Positions 54,440 to 62,611 of a DNA stretch of 64,000 bases are shown here, in pieces; positions within the stretch are counted from its first letter, which is position 1; every line of letters begins with the position of its first letter. The position numbers and the translations under genes are program-made. The stretch is from Clostridia bacterium (GTDB lineage Bacteria; Bacillota; Clostridia; Oscillospirales; CAG-382). Location of the stretch: contig JAFZDO010000001.1 in the NCBI GenBank assembly GCA_017561145.1, positions 2,935-66,934 on the forward strand, read 5' to 3'. The notes beneath the pieces are model-generated. The model saw nothing but the letters and a program-made list of their open reading frames with translations, did no database searches and was not told the DNA's origin.

Positions 54440-55519
54440 ATGCCTATTAACTCGAAAATTCCAGACTATTCCGATGATTTCGATTTCGAAAGCCGTATCA
54501 CTGGCGCGGAATTCTCTGCCGAGGATATCGAAAACGAATTTTCCTTGCGCCCCAAGACGCTTAACGAATACGTCGGTCAGCAAAAGGTCAAGGACAACCT
54601 TTCGATATTTATAAAAGCCGCCGCTTCACGCGGGGACTCGCTCGACCACGTTTTGCTTCACGGCCCTCCCGGTCTCGGTAAGACCACGCTTTCCTGCATA
54701 ATCGCGGGCGAGCTTGGCGTTAATCTTAAGGTAACGAGCGGCCCTGCCATCGAAAAGGCAGGCGACCTTGCCGCGTTGCTTACCACACTTGAAAGAAACG
54801 ATATTTTATTTATCGACGAAATACACCGTCTTCCCCGTCAGGTCGAAGAGGTGCTCTACCCCGCGATGGAGGATTTTGCGCTTGACCTTATGATGGGCAA
54901 GGGTCCCTCGGCTCGCTCGATACGTATTCCGCTTAAGCCCTTTACGCTTATCGGCGCAACGACGAGAGCGGGACAGCTGTCCTCTCCTCTTCGTGACAGA
55001 TTCGGTATGTCGTTCAGACTGGAGCTTTATTCTCCCGAGGATCTCGCACTTATCATCACCCGCTCGGCAGGAATTCTCGGCGTTCCGATAACCGCGGACG
55101 GCGCTTATGAGATCGCGCTACGTTCGAGAGGAACTCCTCGTATTGCCAACAGATTTTTAAAGAGAGTACGCGATTTTGCGATAGTCGAAGGAAACGGAGT
55201 TATCGATTTCGATATCACTCGCAAGGCGCTCGATGCGCTCGAGGTAGATGCTTTGGGACTCGATTCGGTCGACAGAAGGATGCTCACCGCGATCATCAAG
55301 CATTTCAACGGCGGTCCCGTTGGCTTGGAAACGCTTGCGGCGGTCATCGGCGAGGAGGCAATAACGCTCGAGGACGTTTACGAGCCTTATCTGCTTCAGC
55401 TCGGATTTCTTAACCGCACACCGCGCGGAAGATGTGCGACTGCAGGCGCTTACCGTCACCTTGCACTTGAGGTGCCGATGGGTATGACCGAGCAGATAAG
55501 CTTTACCGACGAAAATTAA
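54440..55519 (+). CDS. ruvB: Holliday junction DNA helicase subunit RuvB
   Basis: [12 protein letters not shown], Walker [10 protein letters not shown], Walker B LFIDEIHR, and sensor GTPRIANR. Confidence 0.93.
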   Translation: MPINSKIPDYSDDFDFESRITGAEFSAEDIENEFSLRPKTLNEYVGQQKVKDNLSIFIKAAASRGDSLDHVLLHGPPGLGKTTLSCIIAGELGVNLKVTSGPAIEKAGDLAALLTTLERNDILFIDEIHRLPRQVEEVLYPAMEDFALDLMMGKGPSARSIRIPLKPFTLIGATTRAGQLSSPLRDRFGMSFRLELYSPEDLALIITRSAGILGVPITADGAYEIALRSRGTPRIANRFLKRVRDFAIVEGNGVIDFDITRKALDALEVDALGLDSVDRRMLTAIIKHFNGGPVGLETLAAVIGEEAITLEDVYEPYLLQLGFLNRTPRGRCATAGAYRHLALEVPMGMTEQISFTDEN

Positions 55520-55529
55520 AGGTGTAATT

Positions 55530-56387
55530 ATGTTTGTTGCAAATAATTGGAAAGAATACCGTTTGGTTGATGCAAACGGCGGTGAACGCTTGGAAAAATG
55601 GGGCGATTTCACCTTGATAAGACCCGACCCTCAGGTTATCTGGAACGGGGAACGCAATCTTTCGGGCTGGAAAAAGGCAGACGGCATTTACCGTCGCTCG
55701 CGCTCGGGCGGCGGCGAATGGGTGAAAAAGGACGTGCCCGAGGAATGGGTAATTTCCTACGGCGACCTTAAATTCGGCATTTCTCCGATGGGCTTTAAGC
55801 ACACCGGTCTTTTCCCCGAGCAGGCGGCGAACTGGGATTGGTTCACCAAGCTCATTAAAAACAGCGGAAGAGAAATAAAGCTTTTAAATCTCTTTGCCTA
55901 CACCGGCGGCGCCAGCGTTGCGGCGGCAAAGGCAGGTGCTTTCGTTTGCCACGTCGATGCCTCGAAGGGTATCGTTGCAAAGGCAAAGCGCAACGCCGAG
56001 CTTTCGGAGATTCCGCAAAACAAGATCAGATATATCGTTGACGATTGTTTTAAATTCGTCGCACGCGAAATAAGACGCGGCAACAAGTACGATGCCGTTA
56101 TTCTCGACCCGCCCTCCTTCGGACGCGGTCCGGGCGGTGAAAAATGGGTCATCGAGGAATGCTTGGACGAGCTTGTGAATTTAGTTTGTCAGGTGCTTTC
56201 CGACGAACCGCTTTTCGTGCTTTTGAACTCCTACACGACCGGTCTTTCCCCTGCCGCAAACGGCTACGTTTTGAGAAAGAACACCCGTCACCTCGGCGGT
56301 AGTGTTGACAGCCAGGAGATCGGCTTGCCCGTTGAATCGAGCGGCGAGGTTTTGCCTTGCGGCTCGGCGAGTCGGTGGACACCGTGA
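55530..56387 (+). CDS. class I SAM-dependent methyltransferase (RlmI/RlmK-catalytic-domain-like)
   Basis: SAM motif LNLFAYTGGASVAAAKAGA, and motif IV ILDPPSFGRG. Confidence 0.65.
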   Translation: MFVANNWKEYRLVDANGGERLEKWGDFTLIRPDPQVIWNGERNLSGWKKADGIYRRSRSGGGEWVKKDVPEEWVISYGDLKFGISPMGFKHTGLFPEQAANWDWFTKLIKNSGREIKLLNLFAYTGGASVAAAKAGAFVCHVDASKGIVAKAKRNAELSEIPQNKIRYIVDDCFKFVAREIRRGNKYDAVILDPPSFGRGPGGEKWVIEECLDELVNLVCQVLSDEPLFVLLNSYTTGLSPAANGYVLRKNTRHLGGSVDSQEIGLPVESSGEVLPCGSASRWTP

Positions 56388-56390
56388 TAA

Positions 56391-56435
56391 CCCCCAAAAA
56401 TGCAAGCATTTTCGGGGACCCCGTGATCGCTACGC
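56391..56435. repeat. 45-nt hairpin-containing intergenic repeat, copy A1
   Basis: CCCCCAAAAATGCAAGCATTTTCGGGGACCCCGTGATCGCTACGC. Its reverse complement shares a 17-nt identity (CGGGGTCCCCGAAAATG) with the Glu-type element. Confidence 0.7.
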
Positions 56436-56518
56436 TCTCGACGCGAAACGCAAGCGTTTCGGTCGTCTTTCGTGATGTTCGTGCGCTCGCGCCAACCTTG
56501 TGCGCGCCTTCGCTTTCT

Positions 56519-56563
56519 CCCCCAAAAATCCAAGGATTTTCGGGGACCCCATAGTCGCTACGG
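56519..56563. repeat. 45-nt hairpin-containing intergenic repeat, copy A2
   Basis: CCCCCAAAAATCCAAGGATTTTCGGGGACCCCATAGTCGCTACGG. There is a compensatory G:C to C:G change in the hairpin relative to A1. Confidence 0.7.
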
Positions 56564-56593
56564 CTTGTCCAAGGTTGCGAACATCCAAGGTAT

Positions 56594-56623
56594 AAAAATC
56601 CACGCGCATGTCGCGGATTTTTA
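56594..56623 (+). terminator. terminator-like hairpin
   Basis: AAAAATCCACGCG-CATGT-CGCGGATTTTT, an imperfect stem. Confidence 0.45.
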
Positions 56624-56651
56624 TGGAGATTTTATTATAAAAACACTTCGT

Positions 56652-56684
56652 GTTTTGAATTGTCGTTTTGAATTGTCGTTTTGA
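56652..56684 (+). repeat. tandem 13-bp direct repeat (2.5 units) upstream of ecfA1
   Basis: GTTTTGAATTGTC x2 followed by GTTTTGA. Confidence 0.8.
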
Positions 56685-56729
56685 TTTAAAGGTTTTTGGA
56701 ATTTCCCACCTCAGATTCGGAGGAATTTT

Positions 56730-57569
56730 ATGTCTTTCATTGAAGCTCGCGGAGTTGAATTTTATTATTCGCCCGAAGAAGACAAAGTAATAAAAGGGCT
56801 CGACCTTAAGATCGAAAAGGGCAGCTACGTTGCCATTCTCGGTCATAACGGTTGCGGCAAAAGCACCCTTGCAAAGCTTCTTTGCGGTATTTACGAGCCG
56901 ACGGAGGGACAGATCCTTGTCGACGGAATGGACACCGCGAACGAAGAGCTTTCGTTTGATATCCGCAAAAAATGCGGTATGGTGTTCCAGAACCCCGACA
57001 ATCAGCTTGTTGCAAGCGTTGTCGAGGAGGACGTCGCTTTTGCGCCCGAAAATCTCGGTTATCCGCGTGAAGAGATCCGCCGACGCGTTGACGAGGCGCT
57101 TAGTACGGTCGATATGACCGACTACTCAAAGCACGCAACCCACAAGCTTTCGGGCGGACAGAAGCAAAGGATCGCTATCGCAGGTGTGCTTGCGATGAGC
57201 CCCGAATGTATTGTTTTCGACGAGGCGACCGCGATGCTCGACCCTACGGGCAGAAAAGAGATCGTTGCGGCGATGAAGCGCCTTAACAAGGAGATCGGCA
57301 TCACCGTGGTCACCATCACCCACTATATGAACGAGGCTGTCGAGGCAGACAGGATCGTCGTTATGAACGAGGGTGAAATTATCGCAGACGGCACCCCGAA
57401 GGAGATATTCTCGAAGGTTGAGGAGCTTAAAGCGGTTTCGCTTGCGGTGCCGCAGGTTACCGAATTGCTTTATCAGCTCGAGCAGGACGGGTTTGAGCTT
57501 CCCCGCGGCGTTTTGCACGCAATGGATGCCGCCGACGTGCTTGACGCGTTTATCGGAGGGCAGAAATGA
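56730..57569 (+). CDS. ecfA1: ECF transporter energy-coupling ATPase
   Basis: Walker A GHNGCGKST, signature LSGGQKQR, Walker B VFDEATAMLD. GGAGG upstream. Confidence 0.88.
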   Translation: MSFIEARGVEFYYSPEEDKVIKGLDLKIEKGSYVAILGHNGCGKSTLAKLLCGIYEPTEGQILVDGMDTANEELSFDIRKKCGMVFQNPDNQLVASVVEEDVAFAPENLGYPREEIRRRVDEALSTVDMTDYSKHATHKLSGGQKQRIAIAGVLAMSPECIVFDEATAMLDPTGRKEIVAAMKRLNKEIGITVVTITHYMNEAVEADRIVVMNEGEIIADGTPKEIFSKVEELKAVSLAVPQVTELLYQLEQDGFELPRGVLHAMDAADVLDAFIGGQK

Positions 57570-58426
57570 AAAATTACGCTCTTGAATTTAAAAACGTAAG
57601 CGTTATCTACGGCGAGGGCTCGCCCTTCCGCAAGGCGGCGCTTAACAATATAACCACCTCGTTCCCCAAGGGCGAGATCACAGGTATTATCGGTCACACG
57701 GGAAGCGGCAAAAGCACGTTAGCCTCGCTTACCAACGGACTTATAAAGCCGACAAGCGGTGAGGTTTTGCTTGAAGGCGAGAATATCTGGGCAAAGCCGA
57801 AGGAAATGATAAAGATACGAAGCCGTGTCGGATTGGTTTTCCAATATCCCGAATATCAGCTTTTCGACGAAACGGTCGAATCGGATATCGCCTTCGGCCC
57901 GAAGAATATGAAGCTTTCCGACGAGGAGATAAAAAGCCGCGTTAAGCTTGCCGCGGAATTTTGCGGTCTGAGCGAAAAGGAATTAAAGCGCTCTCCCTTT
58001 GAGCTTTCGGGCGGACAGAAAAGGCGCGCCGCGATCGCGGGAGTGCTTGCGATGCGTCCCGAGGTTTTGGTGCTTGACGAGCCTGCCGCAGGACTTGACC
58101 CCAAGGGCAAGGAGGAAATACTTTCGGGCCTTGTGGAATACAAAAACACCTACGGTGCAACTCTGCTTATAATCTCGCACAGTATGGAGGATATTGCAAA
58201 ATACGCCGACGAGATACTTGTTATGAAGGACGGCGATATATACATGCAGGGCGGCGTTGAGGAAATATTCATGCAGGCGGAAAAGCTTTTCGATGCAAGG
58301 CTTGACCTGCCCCAGATAACCAAGCTCTTTATCGAGCTGAAAAAACGCGAGCTTGTTAAAAACACCGACGTATACAGCGTCGGCTATGCAAAAAAGGAAA
58401 TCGAAAAAATCATCAACGCCCGATAA
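57566..58426 (+). CDS. ecfA2: ECF transporter energy-coupling ATPase
   Basis: Walker A GHTGSGKST, signature LSGGQKRR, Walker B LVLDEPAAGLD. The start overlaps the ecfA1 stop. Confidence 0.88.
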   Translation: MKNYALEFKNVSVIYGEGSPFRKAALNNITTSFPKGEITGIIGHTGSGKSTLASLTNGLIKPTSGEVLLEGENIWAKPKEMIKIRSRVGLVFQYPEYQLFDETVESDIAFGPKNMKLSDEEIKSRVKLAAEFCGLSEKELKRSPFELSGGQKRRAAIAGVLAMRPEVLVLDEPAAGLDPKGKEEILSGLVEYKNTYGATLLIISHSMEDIAKYADEILVMKDGDIYMQGGVEEIFMQAEKLFDARLDLPQITKLFIELKKRELVKNTDVYSVGYAKKEIEKIINAR

Positions 58427-58456
58427 CGCTTTCGGGCAGGACTTAGGACGAACAAT

Positions 58457-59302
58457 ATGCTTAAAGACGTAACGTTCGGTCAATATTACCCCGGAAATTC
58501 ACTTTTACACCGCACAGATCCGAGAATAAAGCTTTTGATACTTGTCGAGTATCTGATACTCGTGCTTGTTGCAAGCACCGAGCTTGCGGCGGCGGTATCG
58601 CTTATGTTTACCGTTTTTCTTATCGCCGTTTCGGGCGTTAAGCTCCGCATACTTTTAAAATCGGTAAAGCCGCTTGTTTTCGTGCTTATCTTTACGGCGC
58701 TGATAAATCTGTTTTTCACAACGGGTGAAAGCGAACCGCTTGTTGACTGGAAATTTATAACTATATATAAAGAAGGCATCCGCAGTGCAGTGATGATGCT
58801 TTTACGCTTGCTCTCGCTCGTTTTGGGCTCGAGCGTGCTTATATCGCTCACCACAAGCCCTCTTGAGCTTACCGATGCGATCGAAAGCGTGCTTTCGCCG
58901 CTGAAGCTCATCCGCGTGCCGGTTCACGAGTTTGCGATGATGATGTCGATCGCGCTTCGTTTCATCCCGACGCTTATCGAGGAGACGAACAAGATAATAT
59001 CTGCGCAAAAGGCGCGCTGTGCCGATTTCGAAAGCGGAAATATTCTCCGCCGTGTCAAGGCGCTCGTTCCGATACTTATTCCCCTTTTCGTTTCGGCGGT
59101 ACGCCGTGCCGAGGAGCTTGCCGATGCGATGGAATGCCGTTGCTATCACGGCGGCGAGGGAAGAACCAAGCTTAAGGTGATGAAGGCGTGTGCGCGCGAT
59201 TATATTTTCTTCACCTTCACCACCCTTATTACAGTAGGTATATTCTTTATTAATAATATAACGATCGCGGGAATAGTCGAATTATGCAGGGATATATTTT
59301 AA
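58457..59302 (+). CDS. ecfT: ECF transporter transmembrane T component
   Basis: CbiQ-family protein with the conserved ARG-containing coupling helix (ISAQKARCADFE). Confidence 0.85.
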   Translation: MLKDVTFGQYYPGNSLLHRTDPRIKLLILVEYLILVLVASTELAAAVSLMFTVFLIAVSGVKLRILLKSVKPLVFVLIFTALINLFFTTGESEPLVDWKFITIYKEGIRSAVMMLLRLLSLVLGSSVLISLTTSPLELTDAIESVLSPLKLIRVPVHEFAMMMSIALRFIPTLIEETNKIISAQKARCADFESGNILRRVKALVPILIPLFVSAVRRAEELADAMECRCYHGGEGRTKLKVMKACARDYIFFTFTTLITVGIFFINNITIAGIVELCRDIF

Positions 59303-60021
59303 AAATTGCATATAAGGGCACGAATTACTGCGGTTGGCAGGTTCAACCCGGAAAGCAAACGGTGCAGGCGGTGCTTCAAGCCGCGCTCGTCGGCGCTTTC
59401 GGATGCAAGGTCGACGTTACCGGCTGCAGCAGGACCGATTCGGGCGTGCATGCAAAGGGCTTTGTCGCGCTGGTCAGCGGCGACGGACTGCCCGATATAC
59501 CTGTTAATTCACTTCCCCTTGCGGTAAACACAAAGCTGCCCGAGGACGTTGCCGTTCTTGAAGCGAGCATCGCTCCTGACGGGTTTCATCCCCGTTACAG
59601 TGCAAAGGGCAAGGAATATATCTATACCGTGCACAACAGCCGTCTGCGCGACCCCTTTTCGTCAGATACGGCATGGCAGTTTCAAAGGCATATCGACGAG
59701 ATATATGCAAACGAGCTTTGCAAGGAATTTGTCGGCAGGCAGGATTTTACGGCATTTATGGCAAGCGGCTCGAAGATTACAGACGCCGTGCGCGAGATAA
59801 AATATTTCAACGCCGTGCGTGAGGGTGATAACGTAATATTCACCGTTGCGGCGGACGGCTTCCTTTACAATATGGTAAGAATTATGGTCGGCACCGTCGT
59901 CGAGGCGGCATCGGGCACGAAATGCATGCCGATAAAGGATATAATCGCCTCGCGAGAGCGTGCAAACGCAGGTATAACCGCTCCCGCAAAGGGCTTGACG
60001 TTAAACAAGGTTTTCTATTAA
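59284..60021 (+). CDS. truA: tRNA pseudouridine(38-40) synthase
   Basis: YKGTNYCGWQVQPG, with the catalytic Asp in GCSRTDSGVHA. Its position after ecfAAT is conserved in Firmicutes. Confidence 0.9.
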   Translation: MQGYILKIAYKGTNYCGWQVQPGKQTVQAVLQAALVGAFGCKVDVTGCSRTDSGVHAKGFVALVSGDGLPDIPVNSLPLAVNTKLPEDVAVLEASIAPDGFHPRYSAKGKEYIYTVHNSRLRDPFSSDTAWQFQRHIDEIYANELCKEFVGRQDFTAFMASGSKITDAVREIKYFNAVREGDNVIFTVAADGFLYNMVRIMVGTVVEAASGTKCMPIKDIIASRERANAGITAPAKGLTLNKVFY

Positions 60022-60042
60022 TTTAAGATAAGAGATAAAAAT

Positions 60043-61275
60043 ATGGGAGCTTTTTCTTGGTTTAAGGACAAAAACTCAAAAAAGAATAAGCAAGAAACGC
60101 CCACGGTGGAATCGCACTATATAAAGCTTGCGCGTAAGGCATCGTTTCTGCGCTATACCGTGCTTCTGTTCATCGTTCTGTTCGGGGTGTATTCCTTTTC
60201 CTTTCACAGCAGTGAGATAACCGTTGACAACTTCGATTATATGATGAAGTTTTTAAACGTAGGCGAGGATGAGGAGTCGCTTAAGGGCAGTACGATATCG
60301 TTTGACGGCAGCACAGGCAACCGCGGTCTTATTTACAAGGGCGATCTGGCGGTACTTAACGAAAACGGGCTTACCGTTACCGGTTGGGACGGCGAGGTGA
60401 TCCTGCGCGACGGCTTTTCGTACGACCACCCCAAAATGCTCGAAAACGGAAAAAACATTTTCTGCTACGACGTCGGCGGCAAGGAATTGAGAATATTCAA
60501 CTCCTATTCGCGCCTTGCGAGAGTTAATTTCGATTACGCGGTGCATTACGTCGATGCTTCCGCCAACGGCGAATACTGCGTTGTCAGCTCGGCAAAGGGA
60601 TATCGCTCGGCGGTCTACGTTTACGACGCAGAATTCCGTTTCCGCTATTCAAGGCTGTTCAGCGACAAATACGTTAATTTTGCCGCGATGTCACCCGACG
60701 GTCAGGAATTTATCGTTGCCGCGCAATATTCAAAGAACGGCAATCTTGCGACGCAGATATCGCGCTTTTCGCTTTCCTCCGACAGCGTGCTTTTCGAAAA
60801 AGAATTCATAGGTGAGATACCCTTGGGCATATATTTCACAGAAAACGGCTATCAGCTTTTGACGACCGATACGCTTCGCTCGTTCGATGCGAACAACGAA
60901 ACCGTTTCGGAGGTGTCGTTCGACGGACGCAAATTGCTTTCGGGCAATATTTCGGGAACACGTGCGACAATCAATTACGGGCTCGAAGGCCTTTCGGGCG
61001 GTACCGAAACCAACGTCTACCGCAACGACGGAAGCGTTGAATACACGGTGTCGTTCGACACGGCGCTTTCCGATACCATGATCTGCGGAAACGTTCTTTA
61101 CGCGTTATCACCCGGTGTGCTTACCGTTTGCGATATCGAAGCGGATGAAATGACACAATACGGCATACCGACGTCGTTTTCGGCTTTGGTTCGCGACGAA
61201 GATTCGATAATCCTCGTTTCGGACAACAAGGCAGAATATTTTAATGAAAATTCTTTTGAAAGGATCGAATCATAA
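60043..61275 (+). CDS. hypothetical membrane-anchored protein (DUF5711-like by recollection)
   Basis: 410 aa with an N-terminal TM (FLRYTVLLFIVLFGVYSF) and a beta-rich repetitive ectodomain. Confidence 0.45.
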   Translation: MGAFSWFKDKNSKKNKQETPTVESHYIKLARKASFLRYTVLLFIVLFGVYSFSFHSSEITVDNFDYMMKFLNVGEDEESLKGSTISFDGSTGNRGLIYKGDLAVLNENGLTVTGWDGEVILRDGFSYDHPKMLENGKNIFCYDVGGKELRIFNSYSRLARVNFDYAVHYVDASANGEYCVVSSAKGYRSAVYVYDAEFRFRYSRLFSDKYVNFAAMSPDGQEFIVAAQYSKNGNLATQISRFSLSSDSVLFEKEFIGEIPLGIYFTENGYQLLTTDTLRSFDANNETVSEVSFDGRKLLSGNISGTRATINYGLEGLSGGTETNVYRNDGSVEYTVSFDTALSDTMICGNVLYALSPGVLTVCDIEADEMTQYGIPTSFSALVRDEDSIILVSDNKAEYFNENSFERIES

Positions 61276-61979
61276 TGAGCTTTTTGCTTGACTTTATTAT
61301 AATTGCAATAATTGCCGTTACGGTTTATTTTGCGGCTAAGAACGGATTTGTAAAAACTGCGATAAGCGCGCTTTCCTTTATAATCGCCGTTGCGGTCACC
61401 GCGGCGTTTGCTTCGCCTCTTGCCGATGCGCTCAAGGACGCGCCCTTCGCCGAAACGGTCGAAACCGCCGTTACCGATATGGTAAAGGATTCGATCTTTG
61501 ATGAAGAAGGACTCCAAAAATTCGCAAGCGGCGAATCCGACGGACTTAACACCGTCCTTTCGCTCGCAGGCATCGAAAAGAGCGACTTTATCGAATGGTA
61601 TAACAGCGAGAACGTAAACGGCGAGGATGCCTTGACACGAGCGGCAAAATATATTGCCGACCCGATAATCGACCTTATTGCGATGCTCGTCGCGATAGTC
61701 GTGCTCTTTATCGGAACGCAGATATTGCTTTCGATAGTGGCATTCTTCCTTAACAAGCTTGCAAATCTCCCGATTCTGCGAACGGCAAACAAAGGGCTCG
61801 GCATAGTTTTGGGCATTGTGCTTGCACTTCTCCGTGTCTTCCTTTTCTGCTTCGTGGTGAGCTTGCTTATCGATAACGCAAGCTTCCTTAACAGCGATTT
61901 CCTCGCTGGGCTCAACCCCGAAAACACCTTCCTGTTCAAGGTGTTCAGCGGAATCGACGTATTTTCCTTCTTTATGTAA
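61275..61979 (+). CDS. cvpA: CvpA-family membrane protein
   Basis: MSFLLDFIIIAIIAVTVYFAAKNGFVKT..., with the four-TM layout typical of CvpA. Confidence 0.7.
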   Translation: MSFLLDFIIIAIIAVTVYFAAKNGFVKTAISALSFIIAVAVTAAFASPLADALKDAPFAETVETAVTDMVKDSIFDEEGLQKFASGESDGLNTVLSLAGIEKSDFIEWYNSENVNGEDALTRAAKYIADPIIDLIAMLVAIVVLFIGTQILLSIVAFFLNKLANLPILRTANKGLGIVLGIVLALLRVFLFCFVVSLLIDNASFLNSDFLAGLNPENTFLFKVFSGIDVFSFFM

Positions 61980-62023
61980 TCGTATAAAAGGTTTGTTTCC
62001 GCAAATTACGGAAACAATATGGT

Positions 62024-62596
62024 GTGAAAATGAAAAATATCCCTAATATACTTTCCTTTATAAGACTTTTGATGATTCCCGTCTTCGTTTATGCCTATTT
62101 CACGTTTGATACCTATCCCAGATCGTTTATCGCCGCAGGCATTTATCTTCTCGCCTGGATAACCGATGCGCTGGACGGATATCTTGCAAGACGGAACAAT
62201 TGGATAACCGACCTCGGCAAATGGCTCGACCCTCTTGCCGACAAGGCAATGCAGTTCACCGCGGCTGTCTGCTTCGCGATCGATAACCTTGTATTTTTGA
62301 TCGTCGTTATCCCCATGTTCTTAAAGGAAATGCTTATGCTTATCGGCGGTATGGTGGTTGTCAAGCGCAAAAACATTGTCGTTCAGGCGCTTTGGTACGG
62401 CAAGGTCGCTACTATCATCCTTTTCGCAGGTGCTTTCTTCAGGATCATCATCCGACACAACCGTATTTTCGACATTACCGTAGCGGTGCTTATACTTACC
62501 ACGATGATCTTTGCGTTGGTTATGTATTGCATAAGAACTATGAAGACCCTGGCAGATACCGACGACTCTGCCAAAATCAACCCCAACGGCAAATAA
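62024..62596 (+). CDS. pgsA: CDP-alcohol phosphatidyltransferase (CDP-diacylglycerol-glycerol-3-phosphate 3-phosphatidyltransferase-like)
   Basis: Signature DALDGYLARRNNWITDLGKWLDPLADK (D-G-x2-A-R-x8-G-x3-D-x3-D). Confidence 0.85.
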   Translation: MKMKNIPNILSFIRLLMIPVFVYAYFTFDTYPRSFIAAGIYLLAWITDALDGYLARRNNWITDLGKWLDPLADKAMQFTAAVCFAIDNLVFLIVVIPMFLKEMLMLIGGMVVVKRKNIVVQALWYGKVATIILFAGAFFRIIIRHNRIFDITVAVLILTTMIFALVMYCIRTMKTLADTDDSAKINPNGK

Positions 62597-62611
62597 CGAG
62601 GAGACTTTCAG

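Noticed and set aside
56380-56420. Possible tRNA-like 3' end (CGACTCGCC) on the minus strand following the A1 hairpin, by analogy with the Glu-type element
   Set aside because: It lies inside the 3' end of the methyltransferase CDS, has no CCA, and has no adjacent tRNA. The short similarity is probably chance.
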